Shown here piece by piece: positions 47,947 to 56,217 of a stretch of DNA of 64,000 bases; the first letter of the stretch is position 1, and the number at the start of each line of letters is the position of its first letter. The stretch comes from a bacterium. Its GTDB lineage: Bacteria > Zhuqueibacterota > Zhuqueibacteria > Oceanimicrobiales > Oceanimicrobiaceae. The stretch lies in NCBI GenBank assembly GCA_046757025.1, contig JBHHXN010000003.1:35248-99247 (forward strand). The letters are read 5' to 3'. Position numbers and translations under genes: made by a program. The notes beneath the pieces were generated by a model. That model searched no databases. It was not told the DNA's origin and was given only the letters and a program-made list of their open reading frames with translations.

Positions 47947-48089
47947 TAAACGGTGATTATGATAAAAATTATTAACAAAACAAGATATCCGGCCACCACC
48001 GGACCGGCAAGGAGGTGATCGAGTAATTCCGGGGGCAATTAACCAACATCTCATGAATAACAGAAACCGAAAACGAAGGAGATTCAACT

Positions 48090-48503
48090 ATGGGACAACA
48101 ACAACTCTTACTAATCGTACTGAGCGCTATCATTGTGGGGATAGCCATCGTCGTTGGTATTAATTTGGTTACTACCAGCGCCGGGCAGGCCAACTTTGAC
48201 GCGGTGATGCAAGACCTGATAACCCTTGGAGAAAGAGCCAGAGAATGGTACCGCAAACCAGCCTTATCCGGTGGCGGCGGCAACTCTTTCGCTGCTCTGA
48301 CCAACGATGCGGCCATGAACAGCCTGTTAGGATGGCCGTCAAGCAATGAAAACGGCACCTATTCCGTGCAAACGGCCGGAAGTGCGACTTCCGTGACGTT
48401 CCAAGGAATAGGTGTGGAAGATTTGGACGCCAATGGCACTTTATTAAACATCAGCGTTACGGCCTATCGAGATAGCCTGGTAACCACTATCAACGACCGA
48501 TAA
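48090..48503 (+). CDS. Probable major type IV pilin-like protein lacking a prepilin leader
   Basis: MGQQQLLLIVLSAIIVGIAIVVGINL hydrophobic helix, 137 aa, strong AAGGAGA RBS, directly upstream of pilC/pilB/pilT; no G-FxxxE motif and no Cys. Confidence 0.7.
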   Translation: MGQQQLLLIVLSAIIVGIAIVVGINLVTTSAGQANFDAVMQDLITLGERAREWYRKPALSGGGGNSFAALTNDAAMNSLLGWPSSNENGTYSVQTAGSATSVTFQGIGVEDLDANGTLLNISVTAYRDSLVTTINDR

Positions 48504-48510
48504 GGATTCA

Positions 48511-48546
48511 TTCAAGGCGGGTGCCATGCAAACCACCCGCCTTGAA
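48511..48546 (+). promoter_or_regulatory. 13-bp stem-loop between the pilin gene and pilC (mRNA stabiliser or attenuator)
   Basis: TTCAAGGCGGGTG-10 nt-CACCCGCCTTGAA; no following T-tract on either strand. Confidence 0.6.
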
Positions 48547-48572
48547 AAATGAACTTTCTCAAGAAAAAGATT

Positions 48573-49916
48573 ATGCCTGAATATCGATACACCGGCGTGA
48601 GCATCACCGGCAAACCCATCCAGGGGGTGGTGTTTAGCCCGGATAGCAACACCATCAAAAGCAAATTAAATGATCTGGTCAAGGCCAAAGGCGTTCGCAT
48701 CAAGACCATCGAGAAAAAGTGTGTCTATATTTATAAAATTCAAAAGGGGGTTGAAAAGCCCATTTACGGCGAACAAAAAGCCTTCACTGGCGAAGAGCTG
48801 CGAAATGCCCTGATCAAAATGGGCTACAAAGTCCATTATGTTCGCAAAAAGTGGTTCGATGTCAAATTAAAAGTGCCCTACAAAGATCTGGTGCTGTTCA
48901 TTCGGATTTGTGCGGATTTGCTGAAAGAGAAATTTCCTTACGACGAAATTTTAACGCTGGTCAGCAACGACACCGAAAACAGAAGACTGCGGGAAACCAT
49001 CCGCGACATCCAAAAAGATTTGAAAGCCGGCAACGAGGGGCAGGTGGTTTACAGCAAACACGTGGATGTTTTGGGTAAATTCACTTCGCACATGCTGGCG
49101 GTGGCCTCCACCAGCGGGAATATGGCCGTTATCTATGAGAACACCGCCAAATTCCTGGAAAGAGAAGCGGAATTCAAAAACAAATTGCGGACGGTTCTGG
49201 TCATGCCGGTGGTGGTAACCATTGCCATGATACTGGCGATGGCTTTTTATGTCATGTATATTTTTCCCAAAATGACCGGCTTGCTGACGAAATATAAAAT
49301 CGACATTCCACCCATGACCCGGATGACCATGGATCTCAGCAATTTTTTGTCGGATCACTATCTCCTACTCATACTGGCGACGGTAACGCCGGTTTTACTC
49401 GTTCTTTATTGGCTGCGTACGGATAAAGGACGGTATTGGTTCGACAGCACCATTATTCGCATGCCGGTCATCGGTTCGTTGCTGCACAAATCCAGCATCG
49501 AGATTTTTGCCAGAGTGTTCTCGGCTCTGTACAGTACTTCTGGTGAAAACATCACGGCCATTCGCATCGCGGCGGAATCGTGCAGAAATAAGTTCATCGA
49601 AAAACAGATTACCGGTCTGGTGATCCCGCGCATGTTGAAAGAGGGCAAGAGTTTTGTGGAGTGTTTAAGCCGGGCAAATTGCTTTACGCTCACGGCCATC
49701 AGTCGGTTTAAGTCGGGCGAGGAATCCGGCACCTTGCGCGAAAGCGCCATTCAATTAGCGAATTACTATGAAAATGAAACGTCACATAAAATGCAAAGAC
49801 TGGTGGACTTGATAAATATCATTGTCTCGGTGTTAATTACCCTGATGATCATTGCCTTAACCCTGGTATCTTCAGAGATTGGATTCGTCAGTCCTCCTTC
49901 ACCTTTAACAAGATAA
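48573..49916 (+). CDS. pilC: Type IV pilus/T2SS platform protein, PilC/GspF family
   Basis: MPEYRYTG..ITGKPIQG, two T2SSF domains (SGNM...YENTAKFLERE; GEESGTL), three TM segments. Alternative start at 48549. Confidence 0.9.
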   Translation: MPEYRYTGVSITGKPIQGVVFSPDSNTIKSKLNDLVKAKGVRIKTIEKKCVYIYKIQKGVEKPIYGEQKAFTGEELRNALIKMGYKVHYVRKKWFDVKLKVPYKDLVLFIRICADLLKEKFPYDEILTLVSNDTENRRLRETIRDIQKDLKAGNEGQVVYSKHVDVLGKFTSHMLAVASTSGNMAVIYENTAKFLEREAEFKNKLRTVLVMPVVVTIAMILAMAFYVMYIFPKMTGLLTKYKIDIPPMTRMTMDLSNFLSDHYLLLILATVTPVLLVLYWLRTDKGRYWFDSTIIRMPVIGSLLHKSSIEIFARVFSALYSTSGENITAIRIAAESCRNKFIEKQITGLVIPRMLKEGKSFVECLSRANCFTLTAISRFKSGEESGTLRESAIQLANYYENETSHKMQRLVDLINIIVSVLITLMIIALTLVSSEIGFVSPPSPLTR

Positions 49917-49926
49917 AAAGACGACT

Positions 49927-51750
49927 ATGGCAGACAAAGGATCGATAACAGCAGAAATCAACATCCAGGCCCCCATACGCGGCCTCGGGCGGTTGTCCGA
50001 AGCGCTCATAAACCGCGGCATCATAACCGAAGATATGATTCAACGAGCGGTAGATATTCAGAGCCGGGAACCGCGCTCAACCAAGCGTAAATTGCTGGAT
50101 ATTTTGATAGCGGATCTGAACGTGGAGCGCCATTCCGTCTATATCGAAATGGCGCGTCTGTACGGATTTCAGGTCATCGATTTGTCCGAGGGTAAAATCG
50201 ATCGCGAACGCATTGAATTCATCAAGGAAATCATCTACGGCATGCCGGAAGAGATCTCCAATGAATTGCTGCACAACAAAATTTTGCCGTTTAAATGGCA
50301 TGAATATAAACGCAATGTGCTGATCATGGTCACCGGCGACCCCACCAACCCGCGCATTCACGATCTGGCGAAAAAGTTAGACATCGCCGACATTGATATC
50401 GCTTACGGTAAAATTGAACGAATCGAAGAGCTCATTCACGAAATTTTTTATTCCAACAACGAGTTTCTGCAGAAAATTTTCGATGAAGCTCAGGAAATCG
50501 AGGTTTTCGAAGACGACTCCCGCCAGATCGATGAAGAGGCGCTGGACGCCGAAATCAACAAAAGCCGCCTGACCAACTTGATCGAGGGCATGCTGGTGGA
50601 AGCGGTCAGAAAGGGCGCCAGCGATATTCACATCATCCCCAAAGAGAGCAACGTTACCGAATTCTATTTCCGGGTGGATGGCAAGCTGCAGCCCTGGTTC
50701 GCGCAAACCGAGATCAAACCCGAAGCGGTGGTGGCGGTGATCAAAGACCGCGCCGTCAACATCGACCGCTTCGACCGTGCCATCGCACAGGACGGATTTA
50801 TCCAGCGCAAAATCGACGGGTTTTACATTCGATTCCGGGTATCGGTCATCCCCATTGTCGGCGCGGAATTCGATCGCCGATTTGAGAGCGTGGTGATCCG
50901 AATTCTGGACGACCGCAAAGTGATCACCGACCTGGACAAAATCGGCTTACAACATCAAGCGCTGGCGGATTTTAAAAAAGCCATCGAGCAACCGCAAGGC
51001 ATGGTGATTCTTACCGGCCCCACTGGCAGCGGCAAAAGCACCACCCTGGTAGCCGCGCTCAGCCATGTAATGGATGCCAGCAAAAATGTTTTAACGGTGG
51101 AAGAACCGGTGGAATATCTGATCAGCGGAGCGCGCCAAGTCAAGCTCAATCCCAAGCTAAACTTTGACAACGCCTTGCGCTCCATTTTGCGGCACGATCC
51201 CGACATCGTCATGGTGGGGGAAATCCGCGATCTGAAGTCGGCTGAAATCGCCATCTCCCTGGCCAACACCGGGCATTTGACTTTTTCGACCCTGCATACC
51301 AACGACGCGGTGAGCGCAGTGGCGCGACTATACATGTTAGGCGTGGAGCCGTTCCTCATTGCCAACGCCATCAACCTGGTGATGGCGCAGCGTCTGGTTC
51401 GTCGGTTGTGTGAAGAATGCAAACGTATCAATGAAAACCCCAACGCCGAAATGCTGCTGCGTTTGGGATTTACCAAAGCCGAAATCGCTGAAACCACCTT
51501 TTACGATGCCGTAGGCTGCAACAATTGCTTTGACGGTTACAAAGGCCGCATCGCCATCAGCGAAGCGTTGCTGTTCAACAAAGAAATTCGAGCCGAGATC
51601 CTGCGCGCCAAAGATGAAATCGATGACGAGATGCTTAGAAACATCGGTCAGGAAAACGGCATGGTACCGCTAAGAGATTCCGGCAAAGAACGCATCAAGA
51701 AAGGCGTCACCACTTTAAAGGAAATCATCGGTACCACCACGGAACAATAG
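49927..51750 (+). CDS. pilB: Assembly ATPase, PilB/GspE family
   Basis: ASDIHI, GPTGSGKST, TVEEPVE, LRHDPDIVMVGEIRD, TGHLTFSTLHTN, CEEC..CNNC Zn motif, GYKGRIAI. Confidence 0.93.
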   Translation: MADKGSITAEINIQAPIRGLGRLSEALINRGIITEDMIQRAVDIQSREPRSTKRKLLDILIADLNVERHSVYIEMARLYGFQVIDLSEGKIDRERIEFIKEIIYGMPEEISNELLHNKILPFKWHEYKRNVLIMVTGDPTNPRIHDLAKKLDIADIDIAYGKIERIEELIHEIFYSNNEFLQKIFDEAQEIEVFEDDSRQIDEEALDAEINKSRLTNLIEGMLVEAVRKGASDIHIIPKESNVTEFYFRVDGKLQPWFAQTEIKPEAVVAVIKDRAVNIDRFDRAIAQDGFIQRKIDGFYIRFRVSVIPIVGAEFDRRFESVVIRILDDRKVITDLDKIGLQHQALADFKKAIEQPQGMVILTGPTGSGKSTTLVAALSHVMDASKNVLTVEEPVEYLISGARQVKLNPKLNFDNALRSILRHDPDIVMVGEIRDLKSAEIAISLANTGHLTFSTLHTNDAVSAVARLYMLGVEPFLIANAINLVMAQRLVRRLCEECKRINENPNAEMLLRLGFTKAEIAETTFYDAVGCNNCFDGYKGRIAISEALLFNKEIRAEILRAKDEIDDEMLRNIGQENGMVPLRDSGKERIKKGVTTLKEIIGTTTEQ

Positions 51751-51794
51751 TGCAATGAATTTCCAGCATAATTATTTTAGCAGATTTGAATGAA

Positions 51795-53027
51795 ATGAAT
51801 TTTCAATCTTCGAAACAAATCGTAGAAAAAGTTGCCAAAGCCATCAAGGCGCACCTGATTGGCGAACAGCGCTGGCAGTTTATCAGCAACCTGCTGGAGG
51901 ATCAATCCGAAGAAATCAAAATCCTTTTAAAGCAGCACTTCGATACGTTTTTATCTCGCATGAAAGAATTGGACGCTTCGGACATCGATCTCGGTGGACC
52001 GGGCTGCACGCAAAAAATCTGGTTTCGTGTTCACGGAAATAAATCGCCGGACAGCGCGCTGGGTCAGTACACCATCGACGAAACCGATCTTTTGATTTTG
52101 AACATATTAACCGAAAGCGAGCGCAAGCAGCTTTTCAGTCAGCGCAATCTGGACTTCTCTTATCGGGTGCTGGATTCCGAAAAGAATTACTGGACGCGCT
52201 TTCGAGCCAACGTTTATTTTGATCTCACGCATCTGGCGGTGAACATGCGGCGCATCAACGACGAAGTCATCCCGTTTACCAAACTGGGTTTCCATGAAGA
52301 TGTGGCCAAAACTCTGAGCTTAAAATATCAGAAATCGGGCCTGATTCTGGTTACCGGCATCACCGGCTCGGGCAAGAGCACCACTCTGGATTCCATCATT
52401 GACGCCAACAACCGCACCATGGAATCGCACATCGTCATCATAGCCGATCCCATCGAGTACGTGCATTCTCCCATCAAATCCATCGTCAAGCACCGGGAAA
52501 TTGGCCGCGACGTGCATTCGTTTAAAGAAGGCACCATTCAGGCCTTGCGCCAGGATCCCGATATCATCATGATTGGGGAAATGCGGGATGCCGAGACCAT
52601 CATGACGGTTTTGGAAGTGGTGGACAGTGGTCACAAGGTGTTTTCTACATTACACACCTCGTCTGCGGTGGAAAGCATCGATCGCATTTTGGGAGAAATC
52701 CCTTCAAATGAGCAGCACCGCATTCGAACACGCTTGGCCGATGTCATAAGCTGTGTGATATCTCAGAAACTCATTCCCAGCCAGGAAGGTGAACGGGTGC
52801 TGGCCAAAGAAGTCATGACCGCCACCCCCGCCATTAAAGCCGCTATTCGAAATGACAACACGGGCGAGATATATCAGATCATCCACCAATCCGGCGAAAT
52901 TGGCATGAACACCATGGAACAGGACCTGGCCAGATTGTATTCGGAAAACGTGATTTCCTATTTTGAAGCTTATATAAATGCCAACAACAAGAAAAGATTA
53001 GAAGAACTGATTAAATTGAATTATTGA
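51795..53027 (+). CDS. pilT: Retraction ATPase, PilT/PilU family, with an N-terminal extension
   Basis: ASDIDL, RFRANVY, GITGSGKST, DPIEY, LRQDPDIIMIGEMRD, SGHKVFSTLHT, AIKAAIR; no Zn motif. Confidence 0.88.
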   Translation: MNFQSSKQIVEKVAKAIKAHLIGEQRWQFISNLLEDQSEEIKILLKQHFDTFLSRMKELDASDIDLGGPGCTQKIWFRVHGNKSPDSALGQYTIDETDLLILNILTESERKQLFSQRNLDFSYRVLDSEKNYWTRFRANVYFDLTHLAVNMRRINDEVIPFTKLGFHEDVAKTLSLKYQKSGLILVTGITGSGKSTTLDSIIDANNRTMESHIVIIADPIEYVHSPIKSIVKHREIGRDVHSFKEGTIQALRQDPDIIMIGEMRDAETIMTVLEVVDSGHKVFSTLHTSSAVESIDRILGEIPSNEQHRIRTRLADVISCVISQKLIPSQEGERVLAKEVMTATPAIKAAIRNDNTGEIYQIIHQSGEIGMNTMEQDLARLYSENVISYFEAYINANNKKRLEELIKLNY

Positions 53028-53040
53028 GTTACGGATTAGA

Positions 53041-55125
53041 ATGAAACCTAAACATGCGATTGGAATTACCATCAATGGAAACGAAGTCAGAGCCGCTTTC
53101 TTATCCCTGGTCAAAGGCAAAGCCTGCATCGAAGCCCTGGAATCCACCAAATTAGATTCGCCCATAGAAAATGCCGAGGAATCGGAAAAAAAATCAGGCT
53201 CACTAAATGATCTGGAAAAAGCGTTTGATATCAACGACCCCGCTCTAAAACTGGATGACGACAACCATGAGGAATCGTCGGAAACCGTCATCAAAAACAA
53301 CAACGTCAGTCTGGTTTATTCCCTGGTGGATCGGTTTCAACACCTCAAAACCAATGTGGCGGTAAACACTCCGGTCCTGACGGTCAAGTACGATCTACTG
53401 GATGCCGAAGCCTTGCCTAATAATAAAAACCGCAAAAAATCCTTCAAGCAAAAGATCGACCTCTGGCACGATGACGAGGACAGCACGCGCAAAATCAATT
53501 ACATCAACGTCGCTGACAACAAAGTTCTGCAAATCGACTACGAGCATCATCCCCCAATCATCGATATTATCGAAGAGGTGAACCAATTCCGAGCCGACAA
53601 CATGAATCTGGTGCTGATGGACACCAATGAATTGGCGCTGGTGGATCTGGTAAAGGAGATTTACAAATTTAAGAAAGATGAAATCACCGCCATCATCTAC
53701 GTGGAGCAGGATTTTTCCAGAGTCATTTTTTTGAAAGGCCGGGAAGTTTCCTACATCACACCCATCATCCACAAAGGCAGCATGTCCAGAGATGTGCTGG
53801 AGGTGATTTATAGTCGCATCATTTTTGCGCAGGATCAGCACTTTATTCCGGAGCTCAACAAAATACTGGTGGCGGGTCACTCATCCCGCCTAAAGGCGAA
53901 ATATTATTTTCGACAAAAATTCCCCAACGCCATTACGGGGTATCTGAATTCCAAGAAGATCAAATCCAACCTGAGATTTAAGGATCGCGGGCTGTTGTTT
54001 TCGCGCTACTCCATCCCCATTGCCCTGGCCTGGAAAGCTTTGCAGAAAAATGTTATTTCGTCGAAAGCACACAATCTTCTGCCAGAATACATTATAGAGC
54101 GCCAGCGCATGCCCAAACTGGCTGCACACGGTTATTTATTGCTGCTTTTGCTGGCGGTTACAGCGTTTTCTTTTTCCTATCTGCTGGTCAAGAAAAACAT
54201 GCAGCTAACCAATATTCAACGCAAAATAACCCTGCAAAAAACCCAGGTAGAAAACAACAAAGCGCTGACCGACCGGGTTAAAACTTTCGACAGTAAAATC
54301 ATCGATTTGGAAAAGAAGATCGTTTTGGTGGACAGCGTGAGTAAAGGATACGATGAAACCATCCGGTTCCTGCAAGCGCTCAACAAAAGCTTGCGGGAAA
54401 CCGGCGATATTTGGGTGACCGAATTAAACAAAAAAAATAAATCGGTGCACATCAGCGGCTTTGCCCGGCGGCGGCAGAGAATACCCATTCTTGCAAATAA
54501 AATTGGCAACGCCAACCTGAACAAAGTAACACGAGCGGAGCTTTACGACAAAAAGGTCTTCAAATTTCAACTGGAAAAAACCCTTGACAGCAACGATCAG
54601 GCAAAAGACCTGAGTATTTTTTCAAAACTTGCCAGCAACATCGGTAAAGCCCCAAAAAGAGGGGAAAACAGTCAGAATGGCGCCAGCCACATCCCTACCA
54701 ACAAGGAAAACCCGCAACGAAACTCAACATTCCAGAAAGAGGAGGGTCTGGTCATCGTCGATAAAGCCGCCCATTCGCAAGCGGAGGAAAAGGCTTCATC
54801 CCAAAACCAGATGGCCTGGAAAAACGCCACAAATGGCGTCGCCGGAAAGCAAGCTGAGAATACCCGGTATTTATTTGGACTACAGATAGGCGATTTCGAT
54901 TCAAAACAACACGCCATCGACGAATCTCAGCGATATATTCAAAAAGGCTATCCCGTGGTGATTTCATCCCGACGAACAGGGAGCGGCAACACAGTCGCTT
55001 TCACCCTGATAATCGGTGCGTATGAAAGTCCTAAAGAAGCTAAAAAATTGTCCAACTTGTTCAACAGCCAATTGGGAATCGAAAATAAAATTGTGAAATA
55101 CAAAAATTCGAAAACAAAAACTTAA
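53041..55125 (+). CDS. PilM-like + TM + PilN-like + SPOR fusion
   Basis: AIGITING..VRAA start (PilM actin-like), ILVAG, NLLP PilN N-terminal motif before the TM, DIWVTELN...VHISGFA (PilN), C-terminal LQIGDF...LIIGAYES..EAKKL (SPOR). Confidence 0.78.
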   Translation: MKPKHAIGITINGNEVRAAFLSLVKGKACIEALESTKLDSPIENAEESEKKSGSLNDLEKAFDINDPALKLDDDNHEESSETVIKNNNVSLVYSLVDRFQHLKTNVAVNTPVLTVKYDLLDAEALPNNKNRKKSFKQKIDLWHDDEDSTRKINYINVADNKVLQIDYEHHPPIIDIIEEVNQFRADNMNLVLMDTNELALVDLVKEIYKFKKDEITAIIYVEQDFSRVIFLKGREVSYITPIIHKGSMSRDVLEVIYSRIIFAQDQHFIPELNKILVAGHSSRLKAKYYFRQKFPNAITGYLNSKKIKSNLRFKDRGLLFSRYSIPIALAWKALQKNVISSKAHNLLPEYIIERQRMPKLAAHGYLLLLLLAVTAFSFSYLLVKKNMQLTNIQRKITLQKTQVENNKALTDRVKTFDSKIIDLEKKIVLVDSVSKGYDETIRFLQALNKSLRETGDIWVTELNKKNKSVHISGFARRRQRIPILANKIGNANLNKVTRAELYDKKVFKFQLEKTLDSNDQAKDLSIFSKLASNIGKAPKRGENSQNGASHIPTNKENPQRNSTFQKEEGLVIVDKAAHSQAEEKASSQNQMAWKNATNGVAGKQAENTRYLFGLQIGDFDSKQHAIDESQRYIQKGYPVVISSRRTGSGNTVAFTLIIGAYESPKEAKKLSNLFNSQLGIENKIVKYKNSKTKT

Positions 55126-55152
55126 TACGACAACGACATTTCCTGCATGCAG

Positions 55153-55252
55153 GTCATTCTGAATCCGATTTAACGGGTGTAGAAGCTGATAATTGACTAC
55201 AAATTCATTTTCATGGATTGAGATTCTTCATCGTCTCACTCCTCAGAATGAC
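55153..55252. repeat. 100-bp GTCATTCTGA...TCAGAATGAC palindromic repeat inside the pilus operon
   Basis: Perfect 10-bp terminal IR plus an internal GAGATTCTTC, as in the 28713 element. Confidence 0.65.
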
Positions 55253-55306
55253 AAAGTGCCGGGTAGCGATAATTTCATCATCAAATAAACCAAAACAGGG
55301 ATATCG

Positions 55307-56203
55307 GTGTTTGCAAAAAGAAACAGTGTTACGCTGGGCATTTTATGGGTGCTGCTTTTAATTATCGGGGGGTTCTGGTATTTCAAAGACGCCGGCAAAC
55401 TGGTGAAAGCCATAGAAAAAGAGCGAAAATACGCCAAGCTGCTCAAAATGTCTCAGAATGAAATCAAACGGCTCACGGATGTGGAAAACATTCACCAAGA
55501 GCTCAACAGCAAATGGACGCAGGCGCCCAAAATCATCATTTCCGCAGACGAGCCGTCTTTTACTTTATCGTATATCAACTGGATCATGACCTCCAACAAT
55601 CTGGTGATCGATTTTGATTTTGTGTTAAACGGCAAATCGGAAAGCGACAATTACACCAAATTCATTTATACTTTAAATGGGGAAGCCAGCTACAACAATA
55701 TTTATAAATTGATCTGGTTTCTGACCTACGAACCCATTTTGTATAAAATCAACTCGCTGACTCTGAAACAAAGTGATTCCAGTGCCGAGCTGCTCAAATT
55801 CAGCATCCAACTGCAAGGCTACACGGTGGACAGCGAATCTGAGTTCGATGAAGAGTTAACCGATTTAAGCCCCAGGAATGCGTATAAATTTTTGGCGCAA
55901 AAAAACATCTTTAAACCGCTGGTGTCCAAACCGGCGCCCAAGAAAGTTGTGCAGAATAAACCGCAACTACCCAAAAAATTACCCGGCCAAATCGATGTGG
56001 AAAAAGCTTCCTTAAAAGTGGTTACCAACAATTCGATTTTTATCTCCGAGGGTAACAGCGAATTAAAACAGTTAAAAGTGGGCGATGCGGTTTATTTGGG
56101 CACACTCGTACGCATCGACCAGAATTCCAATACCGCTGAATTTCTCATCAGCAAGTTTGGCAAAAGTAAACGGATTGTTCTGACCATTGACGAACGCAAA
56201 TAA
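55307..56203 (+). CDS. PilO-like + PilP-like fusion
   Basis: TM, coiled coil, NGEASYNNIYKLIWFL..EPILYKINSL (PilO pattern), NIFKPL, Pro-rich linker, LKVGDAVYLGTLVRI beta domain (PilP/GspC-like). Confidence 0.68.
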   Translation: MFAKRNSVTLGILWVLLLIIGGFWYFKDAGKLVKAIEKERKYAKLLKMSQNEIKRLTDVENIHQELNSKWTQAPKIIISADEPSFTLSYINWIMTSNNLVIDFDFVLNGKSESDNYTKFIYTLNGEASYNNIYKLIWFLTYEPILYKINSLTLKQSDSSAELLKFSIQLQGYTVDSESEFDEELTDLSPRNAYKFLAQKNIFKPLVSKPAPKKVVQNKPQLPKKLPGQIDVEKASLKVVTNNSIFISEGNSELKQLKVGDAVYLGTLVRIDQNSNTAEFLISKFGKSKRIVLTIDERK

Positions 56204-56217
56204 TTTTGGACGTACAA

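Noticed and set aside
48053-48163. Out-of-frame basic ORF MNNRNRKRRRFNYG... as a frameshifted prepilin leader
   Set aside because: It is in a different frame with no slippery site or RBS, the pilin ATG has its own strong RBS, and two other pilin-like genes also start Met-Gly without such an ORF. Read-level checking would settle it.
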